Assembly (NCBI GenBank): GCA_963843575.1 | Contig: CAWJKZ010000010.1 | Location: forward strand, 256,001 to 320,000 | Source: an uncultured Acidobacteriota bacterium | GTDB lineage: Bacteria; Acidobacteriota; UBA6911 | Length of the DNA: 64,000 bases | Direction: 5' to 3' | Shown: one piece after another, positions 55,139-64,000 of the stretch | Layout: the number at the start of each line of letters is the position of its first letter | Position numbering within the stretch: position 1 is the first letter of the stretch | Program-made: the position numbers and the translations under genes | The notes under the pieces: generated by a model | Seen by the model: only the letters and a program-made list of their open reading frames with translations | Database searches by the model: none | What the model was told of the DNA's origin: nothing

Positions 55139-56179
55139 CTATGGCACTGAACTCTTTCTTTCCGACAGAGCGCTGGGCCCCTTCCACGCCGTCGTGCCGA
55201 TGGAACCGGGGGCCGATACGGTGATTTGCCCCTCGGTGAGGCGGACGACGCGCCAGTTTTGGGGATCCACCTGCAGGTTGCCCGTTTGAATCTGCGTGAT
55301 CCGGTGGCCTGCTGGGAAAGGGATGTCCTCTATCACGTTGCGATGCTGGTGCCCGACAAAGAGGGCCGCCACGGAAGGGTTTTCGTTCAGGGTTTTCATG
55401 AGTCCGCGCTGGTAGGCATCGGGGAACGGCCAACCTGCAGGCGGCGCATTGAACCGGATGCCGTCGCCGTTGGTGTCCTGGACCGTAAGCGGGATGTGCA
55501 TGAAGATCAGGTTCGTTTCGCCCTTCCCGTGCACGAGCTGCCAGTTGAGCCAGGCGAGTTGCGCTTTGTCCGCCAGATCGCCCGGGACGTCCGCCTCATA
55601 GGCGTTGTCGAGGAAGATCAGCCGGTAGGTCGTCTTCCCAACCCGGCGGATAAGGCTATACCACGTGCCGTTTTCAAAACCGCGCACGTTTCTGATCCAG
55701 GACGCGCGGGCTTGCTGCGCGTTGTGCTGCCCGGTCATGAACTCGGTCCCTTCGAACCAGTAGCTGCTAAGGTCGTGGTTGCCCACGGCCAGCCAAAGCG
55801 GTATCGGGCTGGATCGGACCGCTTGCGCGAAGGCTTCCACCTTTCCAGAGCGCATGGCTCCGTCGCCCCGCTGAGCTTCATAGAAGTCGAGAAGGTCTCC
55901 GGTGATCACCACCGCATCGGCTTGCGCTTTCGCGGGAACGGAATCGAGGAATCCTCGCAACGTCGCCGGGCCCTTCCCGTAGTGTGTGCGCTTTTCGACG
56001 AAGCGGCTGTCGAGTCCGGCCAGGTCGCACACATGTATGTCCGAGATATGAACCAGGGTCAGCGCCGCGGCACTTTGCGGCTCCTGGCCGGCACCGGCCG
56101 CCGTGGACGGGACAATGCAAGGGGAAAGGATGCTGATCCCGCACAAAAACAGGCTGGCGTTGCGGTTCACTCGCAGCAT
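55139..56179 (-). CDS. Calcineurin-like metallophosphoesterase, exported
   Basis: HISDIH, TGDLLD, GNHD, MHIP, VGHQH. Confidence 0.88.
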   Translation of the reverse strand: MLRVNRNASLFLCGISILSPCIVPSTAAGAGQEPQSAAALTLVHISDIHVCDLAGLDSRFVEKRTHYGKGPATLRGFLDSVPAKAQADAVVITGDLLDFYEAQRGDGAMRSGKVEAFAQAVRSSPIPLWLAVGNHDLSSYWFEGTEFMTGQHNAQQARASWIRNVRGFENGTWYSLIRRVGKTTYRLIFLDNAYEADVPGDLADKAQLAWLNWQLVHGKGETNLIFMHIPLTVQDTNGDGIRFNAPPAGWPFPDAYQRGLMKTLNENPSVAALFVGHQHRNVIEDIPFPAGHRITQIQTGNLQVDPQNWRVVRLTEGQITVSAPGSIGTTAWKGPSALSERKSSVP

Positions 56180-56388
56180 GAGACATCTCCCGTGAATTCG
56201 AGATGGGGCGCCGGCATTATATCCGCCCGCCCCGCTGACAACTGACGCAAAAATCGGCGCCGCACCGTCCTCTCCCGCAAATCTCCGGTTCCGCGAATGT
56301 CCGGCAGATACGGGGGTCTGCTGCACCTCGCCCCCATGGCATGCGTCTTGCTGTAAGGATGTCGCGTCAGTCAGGGAGGCGCATCGTC

Positions 56389-56946
56389 ATGAGAGCGAGT
56401 ACGTTTGCAGTCACCATCCTGGCGCTGATGGCCTTGTTCTTCGAGCCGGCAGGTCTTCCGGCCCAGTCGCGCCAGGAGATCAGCCTGGCCGCCGGCGGCG
56501 GGGGGTTCCTGTCGGAAGAAAACGACCACGCGTCACCCGTGTTCAGCTTCGCCTACCGGCTTCATGCCACGGATCACCTTGCGGCGGAGGGGGCCTTGGA
56601 CTTCTTCACCTACACCTTTCCGGTCGGGCCTCCTGATCAGCCATCCGAGTACGCGGACGGCTACTCGGGTGCGGAAATAGCCGTCCTGTACCACTTCCGC
56701 AACGGCCGGCAGGCGCGAAGGTGGATCCCCTTTGCCGCCATCGGCGTGGGGAGGACCACGACCGATTTCACCGAGATCCGCGGCATCACCTACTATCGTC
56801 TTGGCGGGGGAGTTTCATACAACTTCAGCGACCGATTCGGTTTTCGTCTTGAAGTCCGCGATGAGGCGATCAGGGACCTGCCGGGAAGCCCCCGGGCCAC
56901 CGCAAATCTCCCGAGTATCCGATGCGGGCTCGCCTTCCGGTTTTGA
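56389..56946 (+). CDS. Small outer-membrane beta-barrel protein
   Basis: Signal peptide, WIPFAAIGVG, LGGGVSY, RLEVRD, C-terminal GLAFRF. Confidence 0.75.
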   Translation: MRASTFAVTILALMALFFEPAGLPAQSRQEISLAAGGGGFLSEENDHASPVFSFAYRLHATDHLAAEGALDFFTYTFPVGPPDQPSEYADGYSGAEIAVLYHFRNGRQARRWIPFAAIGVGRTTTDFTEIRGITYYRLGGGVSYNFSDRFGFRLEVRDEAIRDLPGSPRATANLPSIRCGLAFRF

Positions 56947-57099
56947 CCTGGCAGGCGATGGCGGATTCTCCGGGAGCTCAGAAGAACTGCGCCGTGGACC
57001 TCTCCCGAGAGCGGCCCATCCCGATTTCTTTGGTGCCTCCGGGCTCCCGGTTCGGCGATAATCCGGATACCGTATGTGATTCCTCATGAGGACAATGCC

Positions 57100-58764
57100 A
57101 TGCCGAAGGGATCCGCACCCCTGATCGCCGCAGCAGCGGCGGCAATCATCGTCGTGTTCAACACTGACACCTTGCCTCAGCAGCAGCGCGCGCTGCTGGT
57201 CAGGATCGAGAGGGAACAGCAGAGTCCGGTGGACCCCAGACTGCTGCCCGCCATCAGGGTCGTACAGCAACTCCAGACCTGCGCGATTGTCGAGATCTCT
57301 GCCGATCTGGCACCGCAGTTGCGTGACGGGGGGATTCACTTCGATATCCTCGACAGCGATCCCGCAGAGAAGCCCTATTATCTCGTCTACCCGCCCAATC
57401 CCGACGAAGATGAACTTCTGACGGGGATGGGCAGCATCCGCCTCATTGAAAAGGGAATCTTCCTCTTCTGGTCCGATTCCGAGGACGTGCGCGAGATACT
57501 GCCCCCGGGTTATCGGATCAAACGGCTCCCTTCTCCTACCGGCCTGGCGCTGGAAATCGGGATTTCACGGTCGGGGCCTCCGGAGCCTCGCGCGCAAGAG
57601 CTGTATGGGGCGCCGCTCCCAGATGCGACGATCGGGCAAATGGTGCAGGAGGTCTCAAAGGACAATCTCACCGGACACATCCTCAACCTGCAGAACTTTG
57701 GCACCCGCTCCGCCTCGTCCGAAGGCTGTGTTTCTGCCGGAACCTACATCTATGACTTCTTGGTCAACCTGGGCCTGCAAACGGAACATGATCCCTTCAA
57801 CTTCGGCTCCGGTCACTCGTCGCAGAACATCGTGGCCACCCTTCCGGGGAAAACGTCTCCTGAGTCCGTCGTAATCGTGTGCGCCCACTATGATTCAACC
57901 AGTGGCCAAGCGGCCACGTTGGCTCCGGGCGCGGACGACAACGCGAGCGGAACCGCGGTGGTACTGGAGTTGGCCAGGGTCCTCCACACTTACTCCTTTG
58001 ATTTCACGGTGACGTTCATCGCTTTCTCCGCGGAGGAGTGGGGCCTGTGGGGCAGCAGGCATTACGCGCAAAAGGCTAAACAGTCAGGCGCAAAGATTCT
58101 CGCGGTGATCAACCTAGACATGATCGCCTACGCCGATTCCGTGCCCGAGGATCTCGACATCGTCGCCAACCCGGCTTCGGAGTGGCTTGCCGACCGGCTG
58201 GTGGCATCGTCCGGCACCTACGCGCCAATGGATTTGTTCAAGAGGATCAATGCTTCCATTACCGCCAGCGACCACTCCCCCTTCTGGGACCAGGGCTACA
58301 GTGCCCTCCTTGCCATTGAAGACGCGCCACCTACAAATCCGCACTATCACAAATTGACCGACACCCTTGACACACTCAATCAGGATTTCCTGGTTGCGTC
58401 GGCGAGGGCCTCGGCGGCGGTTATCGGCGACCTGGCCCAGCCGGAACGCACACCGGCCGCTCCGCCGACGCTGGATGTCCGGAGCCAGTTTCACCGGTCT
58501 CTATTCGCGCGCTTCAAGACTGTCAAGCTGACATGGGAGGCAAGTCGCAACCCAGTCGTCGGATACAACGTATACCGGTCTGTCGCACGACGCGGCGACT
58601 ACCGTCAGATCGCCAGCTCCACGGGTGACCGCCTCTACTATCTGGATCGTTTTCTCGATCCCGACGCTTCCTTTTTCTACGTGGTAACAGCGGTGGACTA
58701 TCTGGGGCGCGAGAGCAATTTTTCGATCGAGGCACACGAGGATGCGGACAACAACACCAGGTAG
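57100..58764 (+). CDS. M28 family metallopeptidase with C-terminal FN3-like domain
   Basis: AHYDS, GADDNASG, SAEEWGL, NLDMI, SDH, HYH; LTWEAS...GYNVYRS...YVVTAVD...ES. Confidence 0.9.
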   Translation: MPKGSAPLIAAAAAAIIVVFNTDTLPQQQRALLVRIEREQQSPVDPRLLPAIRVVQQLQTCAIVEISADLAPQLRDGGIHFDILDSDPAEKPYYLVYPPNPDEDELLTGMGSIRLIEKGIFLFWSDSEDVREILPPGYRIKRLPSPTGLALEIGISRSGPPEPRAQELYGAPLPDATIGQMVQEVSKDNLTGHILNLQNFGTRSASSEGCVSAGTYIYDFLVNLGLQTEHDPFNFGSGHSSQNIVATLPGKTSPESVVIVCAHYDSTSGQAATLAPGADDNASGTAVVLELARVLHTYSFDFTVTFIAFSAEEWGLWGSRHYAQKAKQSGAKILAVINLDMIAYADSVPEDLDIVANPASEWLADRLVASSGTYAPMDLFKRINASITASDHSPFWDQGYSALLAIEDAPPTNPHYHKLTDTLDTLNQDFLVASARASAAVIGDLAQPERTPAAPPTLDVRSQFHRSLFARFKTVKLTWEASRNPVVGYNVYRSVARRGDYRQIASSTGDRLYYLDRFLDPDASFFYVVTAVDYLGRESNFSIEAHEDADNNTR

Positions 58765-59377
58765 GTGCAAGTCGATCCGACTCTCGGCTACTGCATTCGT
58801 TCTGATTGCTGCTGGACCGCTGCCGGCCCAGACGCGAGCGGATGTGCCGCGCCTCGCGGTCTCCGCGACAGCCGGATTCGGTCGCTCCCTGAACGGGCAG
58901 TTCCGGGATAATTATGGCGGCGTCCAGATGCCCTTGTCGGTGCAGGTGGATCTCCGGCTGTTCCAACGAATCTCCGTGTTTTCGGCGTTCCGCCGTGTAA
59001 GAACCAAAGGTCAAACGACCATCGAAGAACCCAACTTTGCGGAGGATGCGCTACCGCTCACATTCCGGATGCATTCGGCAAAATTCGGCGGCACCGTTGG
59101 TGGGCAACTCGGCCGAGTCACTCTCCAGGCCGGAGGAGGCGTAAGCGGCAACTGGTACAAGGAAGAAGTCGGTGTCCTAGACCTCTCCCTCAGGGGAAGG
59201 AATGTCGGGCTCCTCGCGCAAGTAGCCGCCAGCTACCCTCTCAACCGGAGGCTGTCGCTGCAGGGGCGATTCGAATTCACGTCGATTCCCTCAAGAACCG
59301 ATCCTGGAACCGGGATAGACATCAACCTGGGGGGGATCGAACTCGCGTGCGGTCTGCTGTTCAAGTTGTTTCCCTGA
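58742..59377 (+). CDS. Small outer-membrane beta-barrel protein (start uncertain)
   Basis: Alternating beta-strand pattern, C-terminal NLGGIELACGLLFKLF. Confidence 0.6.
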   Translation: MRTTTPGRCKSIRLSATAFVLIAAGPLPAQTRADVPRLAVSATAGFGRSLNGQFRDNYGGVQMPLSVQVDLRLFQRISVFSAFRRVRTKGQTTIEEPNFAEDALPLTFRMHSAKFGGTVGGQLGRVTLQAGGGVSGNWYKEEVGVLDLSLRGRNVGLLAQVAASYPLNRRLSLQGRFEFTSIPSRTDPGTGIDINLGGIELACGLLFKLFP

Positions 59378-59512
59378 TTGAGACGGGTCCCAGCGCTCAC
59401 CCGCAACAGTCCTGCATCTCAATTTGCATCATCAATGGCGTTCGATTTTTTTGATTTACTCCAAAAGGGAGATTGCAGCCATACTACAAGCATCGATAGG
59501 AGATCCCCAACC

Positions 59513-60337
59513 ATGCGTCGGTTTCTTCCTGCGTCGATGGTTATCCTGCTGTGTGTCCAGGTCACGGTGACCGGCAACGCGCAAAACCAGTTCAGAGTCG
59601 TGCTCATTTCCGGCTGCAACGAATACTTCTCCGACATCTCATTGACAAGTTACAGAGAATACCTTGAAAAAAGCGAAGGGGCGCAGGCCACGCTGCTGAA
59701 AGCGGGCGGTCCTCTCAACTCCAGGGATGAATACTCCGAACTTCCCGGTGTGGAGGCACTCGCCAATGCCGATGTCGCTTTGCTTTTTCTCCGCAGGACG
59801 ACGATTTCCGGAGATGCGCTCGAAAAAATAAAGGAGTACACCGGTTCCGGCAAGGGCGTCGTCGCGCTGCGGACTTCCAGCCACGGCCTTCAAAACTGGC
59901 TGGAATTCGATAAAGAGGTCCTGGGAGGAAATTACAGCGGGCACTACGACGGCAGCCCGGAGACCAGGGGGATGGACGCCCGTCAAACTCGCTATCCGGT
60001 CGGACAACCCACTGGTCCGACACTGGAGGCCCGCATCGTGAAGGGCCAGGAAAGCCATCCCATCCTGGCGGGGATCGCCGATTTCCGGTCCCGGTACAGT
60101 CTGTACAAGACCTCACCCGTAGCGGAGAATGCCCGGGTTTTGATAACCGGCCAGATACCGGATCAAAAGACCGAGCCGCTGGTCTGGATCCGCGATCACA
60201 AGGGAGGCCGTGTGGTGTACATCGGCCTCGGCGGATTGCAGGATTGGGAGAATGCTACATTTCGGCGCCTCGTGACAAACGCGGTTTTCTGGGCGGGCAG
60301 GCGGGGCCCTTCCAACCGATTTCAGTATCAAAACTAA
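59513..60337 (+). CDS. ThuA domain protein, exported
   Basis: VVLISG..EY, LFLRR, LRTSSH, VLGGNYSGH, HPILAG, GRVVY..LG, NAVFW. Confidence 0.8.
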   Translation: MRRFLPASMVILLCVQVTVTGNAQNQFRVVLISGCNEYFSDISLTSYREYLEKSEGAQATLLKAGGPLNSRDEYSELPGVEALANADVALLFLRRTTISGDALEKIKEYTGSGKGVVALRTSSHGLQNWLEFDKEVLGGNYSGHYDGSPETRGMDARQTRYPVGQPTGPTLEARIVKGQESHPILAGIADFRSRYSLYKTSPVAENARVLITGQIPDQKTEPLVWIRDHKGGRVVYIGLGGLQDWENATFRRLVTNAVFWAGRRGPSNRFQYQN

Positions 60338-60421
60338 TGCCCTCGGGATTAAACTGATTTCACTTGTCTGATGCGCAGCTGACCTGCACCTTCCGCAGCC
60401 CGATTGGAGGATGGATTCCTC

Positions 60422-60592
60422 ATGATCGGCGAGACCCTCGGGCATTACGAAATCACGGAAAAGCTCGGCGAAGGCGGTATGGGCGACGTCTACAAGGCCC
60501 ACGACACCCACCCCGACCGCTTCGCCGCCATAAAGGTCCTTCCCCCCGAGAAGGTATCGGGCCTTCGTCCTTTCAAGGGCATGGGGAGGTAG
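60422..60592 (+). pseudogene. N-terminal remnant of a Hanks-type Ser/Thr kinase
   Basis: [28 protein letters not shown]...AAIKVLP (subdomains I-II), then homology is lost and a stop follows. Confidence 0.8.
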
Positions 60593-60596
60593 GTCC

Positions 60597-61127
60597 ATGG
60601 GACTGTGTCGAATGCACCAAGCGGCTTCAGCTTTCCTTTGCCTCGTACTCGTGTCGAGTGAACTGCGTGCTCACGCAGACGTCATTCCCGGAAGATGGGA
60701 CATGGTGGATTTGCAAGCGCCCGGGACCGATCTCACTGTCAAACTCAAGGCAGGGGATCGGATCGAGTGCGTCCTTAACAAGGCAAACCCTGGCGATATC
60801 GTTGTGTGCGATCGGCAGGGCGTCGAACGCAATATCCGCAAAACGGATATCGCGCGGGTGGAAACCGCCGGGCGTGCGACCCGTTCCGGGTGCCGAGGGG
60901 CGCTGATCGGCGCGGTGGCCGGAGCCGCGCCGATGGCTGCTTTGGGCGCCCTCGTGGGTCAAGGTTTTGGAGGAGGTGCGGGCGACACAGCGCAGGGAGC
61001 CGCAATATTGGGCGGGCTGGGCGCCGGGATTGGCGCTCTGGTGGGCTACGCAGTCGGGAGAGCACAGAAAAGCACCGAAACGCTCTATGTTGCCTCTGGC
61101 GGAGGGATCAGCCCCCCTCAGCGATAG
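60597..61127 (+). CDS. Hypothetical exported/membrane protein with glycine-zipper C-terminus
   Basis: Signal-like N-terminus; GALIGAVAG...GGLGAGIGALVGY. Confidence 0.6.
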   Translation: MGLCRMHQAASAFLCLVLVSSELRAHADVIPGRWDMVDLQAPGTDLTVKLKAGDRIECVLNKANPGDIVVCDRQGVERNIRKTDIARVETAGRATRSGCRGALIGAVAGAAPMAALGALVGQGFGGGAGDTAQGAAILGGLGAGIGALVGYAVGRAQKSTETLYVASGGGISPPQR

Positions 61128-61161
61128 GAAAGTGCAGAACACACATTCTCTCTCACCTTCT

Positions 61162-62310
61162 TTATATCCGAGCCATGCCGACTCTCGATTGCCTGAGGCG
61201 CGGCTCCCTCTGCACGTTTGAAAGGAGCGGGTCCCGCTGGAACCAATCCGCCCTCTCGTCTTCGGCCCGCACCGCGCGGTCCAGCCAATCCAGAGATTTG
61301 GTCTCGTCACCCAGGACGGCATAGAACTCGGCGACGTTTGATGCGACCATGATCAGCTCCCCGAATTTGAGCACCTCCAAATCCATTCCCCGCGCCGCGT
61401 CCGCACGCTTTCCTTCCACCGCCAGTTGAAGCGCCCACAGCAGCCGCGCCTGGTAATTCTGCGGCTCCAGGACTCGGGCCCTGGCCAACGCCTCACGCGC
61501 CCCAGCCAAATCGCCTTCAGTCTGGTATGCCATCGCCAAGGAGGCCAGCGCCAACATGTTCTTCGGATCTTGTTCCAGGACCTTCTGCTGCTCCCGAATC
61601 GAGCCCGCCGGGTCTCCCGTTTGCCGCAGGTTGTCGCCAAAGTTGACTCTCGCGGGGAAGAACATAGGGTTGGAATCGAGGAGCGGCTTGAGCAAGGCCT
61701 GGGATTCCGCGTACTCACCGTTCCACGTATGATAGAGCGCGAGAAAATTGGGGCCGTCCTTCTCGTTTGGATCGAGCTCGATAGCTCTCTTGGCCTCCAG
61801 CGCTGTGAGCTCCTTTCGCCCCTGATAGAAGTAGACCAGCGCCAGCGAAGCATGCGCCCGGGCCGATTGGGGATCGTCCTGCAAGGCGCGCCGCAACTCT
61901 TCCTCGGCTTTGTACAGCCAGGAAGTGTCGTTGGATTGACCGGCATCGATGAATAGGGCGTGGGTGAATCCGTACCAGGCCCGGGCGTGGGCGAACCGGG
62001 GATCCAGGTCGAGCGCCTTCTCGAGCATCTGCCTCGCCCGGGGCAGGTCCTGCTGGGTCTCCAAAAACAGCATCGCCCGCTGGAAATATTCGTTGGCTTC
62101 GGAAACCTTCGACGACGACGGGGCATAGCGGTGCTGCCCCTGCCATCGCAGAATTCCCACGAATGTTGCCGCGGCAAGTGTCAGCGCACCAGCGGTCGTC
62201 CACAACCAGCGGCGCCGCCTGATCGGCGGGGATGGCCGGGTTTCGGCTACCCGCGCGGGAGCCTCGATCATCTCGATCGCCGCCCTCACCTCTCCTCCGC
62301 GCTGGTGCCA
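61162..62310 (-). pseudogene. TM + TPR portion of a kinase-TPR protein lacking its kinase domain
   Basis: Starts at HQRGGEVRAAIE (resembles the last kinase helix), then RRRWLW + TM, multiple TPRs (ALDLDPRFAHA), end DPLLSNVQREPR. Confidence 0.7.
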
Positions 62311-62341
62311 CCACGACACGATCCGCGAGCTCGACCCGCAG

Positions 62342-62434
62342 CTTCACACCCATGCCGTGGCCGCGGAACGCGTATTGTTCCCAAATGTTCCTAAATTCGA
62401 TAAAAGTCGAAGTATCGGGGAGCTTGTAAACTGA
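62342..62434 (+). mobile_element. Possible C-terminal scar of a tyrosine integrase next to the tRNA 3' end
   Basis: Reads LHTHAVAAERVLFPNVPKF...*, similar to integrase tails (YTHAV...LFPNVPK); contains the direct repeat TGTTCCCAAA/TGTTCCTAAA. Confidence 0.35.
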
Positions 62435-62453
62435 TGGCGCTAAATGATTTAAG

Positions 62454-62529
62454 TGGAGGCGCCGAGCGGATTCGAACCGCTGCATAAAGGTTTTGCAGAC
62501 CTCTCCCTTAGCCACTTGGGTACGGCGCC
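62454..62529 (-). tRNA. trnC: tRNA-Cys (GCA)
   Basis: GGCGCCG acceptor stem, D-arm CCCAAGTGGCTAAGGG, anticodon loop CTGCAAA, GGTTCGAATCC, encoded CCA; 76 nt. Confidence 0.97.
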
Positions 62530-62641
62530 TTAAAGGAGGACGGTGGCGAGCAACATTGTAGTCAACTTGCCGCTGAACCGCAAGGTGTACGGGTCTTCGG
62601 AGTGTTTTGGGGGCGGGGGCGGGCCGTCCCCGCCCACCTCG

Positions 62642-64000
62642 TCAGTGGATAAGGCGGAGGCCCGGTGGGAGCGCCTCGCCAAACACACGCTGTTCGTCGG
62701 CCTCTCCCAGTTCCGCGACTTCGCGCACCATCCGGACCCACCCCGCAGGTGCGCCCGCGGCCTCGAGGTGCCGCACCACGCGGCCGCGCAGGTCCGGGTC
62801 GACGTCTCGTTCCCGGTCGCCGCTCATGCGTGCGATGAGCGTCGAGGCAAAGGCGGCCGGGACGACGTTTTTCCAATCGAGCCGGAGCAGCTGTTCGAGC
62901 CACTCCGAGGCCACGCCCGCGGGGACGACCGCATGCGTGCTGCCATAAAACGGGACGCGCGCACCGAGCCGGCCGACCGCCCACCAAGTTTCCACCGACT
63001 CGGCCGGCTTCTTCAATCGCTCGAGCAGCCACCCTCCCGCCTCGACCTTGGTGTCAGCTGGGACGCGCTCGAGCGCGCCGGCAAGCCGCACCATGTCTTC
63101 GTAGCCGGCCTTCCGGGGGCCCGGGGCGCGCCTGGAGGCATCCTTAGGCTGCAGCTCAGTTGCGATCTCCTCGAACAGCCGCTGCTGCGCTTGCCGATCC
63201 AGCCCGCCCGCCACCCGGCGCCACAGGGTCCACCACTCCGACCAGGTGCGGGTCTCGCGTGTATGCTGCACACCCTGTTCGTGGATCGACCAGAGCAGTT
63301 GGATGCGCCAGTCGTCAAGCGGGTAGCCGAATCCCGGCCGCAGGCAGTAGCCGGCCAGGCTGAACCAGACTCGCTCGTGATCGGGCGAGCGGCGCCGGCG
63401 GCGCACCCCGTCCCAGAGGGAGCCGAACAGCTCGCGCAGCAACGGCGTTTCCCAGCGATCGCGTTCGCCGAGGACGCCTTCGAGGCTGCGGCGCAGGTTC
63501 TTCGCCTCGCGCAGCTCGACATCGCGCGCCCGCGACCCGTAGACCCGTTCGACGAGGGCTGCGGCCTGATCGAACCCGGGATGCAGCGAGTCCGCAATCG
63601 TCACGGGCGCCTTCGCCCCGCTGCGCAGCTGAAACTCGAAATGCCAGCGCCGAGACGGGTCTGCGTCAGCCACGCACCCGACCTGCAACGTCCCGACCTC
63701 CGTCAGGGCCGCCGCCAGCCGGACCGGCACTTCTTCCGCGCCCGATCGCTCTTCCAGCACCGCGGCGACCGGGGGCAGCGCGGTGTAGCCCCGTTCATCC
63801 ACCTGAACGACGTCCCCGGCCTCCACCGGGCGGTCGCCGGTCGAGGACACCAGGTGGAAACGCACAGGCTGCCCGAGCCTCAGCGAGAAGGCGCGGTCCG
63901 CCAGCAGGATCTCCTTCCCCTCCTCGGCGCCGCGCGGCAGAAGGCAGACGGCCTCCTGCACCCCCGGGGTCTGGGAATCGAGCAGGAGGAAGTAGCTGCG
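62642..64000 (-). CDS. Hsp70/DnaK-like family protein, C-terminal (DUF3731-like) part; starts beyond the window
   Basis: LTEVGTL, FEFQLR, HERVWFSLAGYCLRPGFGYPLDDWR, WWTLWRRVAGGL, GRLGARVPFYGS, FGEALPPGLRL. Confidence 0.82.
   Translation of the reverse strand, partial: RSYFLLLDSQTPGVQEAVCLLPRGAEEGKEILLADRAFSLRLGQPVRFHLVSSTGDRPVEAGDVVQVDERGYTALPPVAAVLEERSGAEEVPVRLAAALTEVGTLQVGCVADADPSRRWHFEFQLRSGAKAPVTIADSLHPGFDQAAALVERVYGSRARDVELREAKNLRRSLEGVLGERDRWETPLLRELFGSLWDGVRRRRRSPDHERVWFSLAGYCLRPGFGYPLDDWRIQLLWSIHEQGVQHTRETRTWSEWWTLWRRVAGGLDRQAQQRLFEEIATELQPKDASRRAPGPRKAGYEDMVRLAGALERVPADTKVEAGGWLLERLKKPAESVETWWAVGRLGARVPFYGSTHAVVPAGVASEWLEQLLRLDWKNVVPAAFASTLIARMSGDRERDVDPDLRGRVVRHLEAAGAPAGWVRMVREVAELGEADEQRVFGEALPPGLRLIH

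Overview
A GC-rich bacterial window, most likely from an Acidobacteriota-type genome (inferred from the Oar-like TonB-dependent receptors, kinase-TPR remnants, many Tat-exported Gfo/Idh/MocA and TIM-barrel sugar enzymes, and GGVVGGVP repeats). It looks like an imperfectly polished long-read assembly: many genes are split by single-base indels, so several ORF-track entries are fragments or false fusions. From left to right: (1) 1-7724, a sugar-catabolic cluster with a class II aldolase fused to an SrlD-like SDR, a PHP protein, a lipoyl E2, a DeoR regulator and a fused E1 alpha/beta; (2) an XRE-HTH read in frame into inositol-3-phosphate synthase; (3) a GH29 fucosidase, a Tat oxidoreductase and isomerase, a methyltransferase, an MBL hydrolase and PEP carboxylase; (4) a TolC-EmrA-EmrB pump behind a sigma54-type promoter; (5) a four-carbon acid-sugar kinase with PdxA2; (6) an NtrC-type two-component locus with a visible sigma54 promoter and candidate enhancer sites; (7) a 3D-domain protein, an AspT-family exchanger, a PAS-GGDEF protein and a URO-D-family protein; (8) about 33.3-50.3 kb, a carbohydrate (possibly amino-sugar) utilisation locus with an AgaR-like repressor, recurring pyrimidine-rich operator-like tracts, one full and two partial tandem TonB-dependent receptor copies, and REP-like palindromic elements; (9) about 50.7-62.4 kb, an accessory region (ECF/anti-sigma, vapBC with an in-frame amber in the toxin, radical SAM, small OMPs, M28 peptidase, kinase remnants, a probable integrase C-terminal scar) ending at tRNA-Cys; (10) the 3' part of an Hsp70-family gene. 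No CRISPR array, rRNA or intact transposase/integrase was seen.
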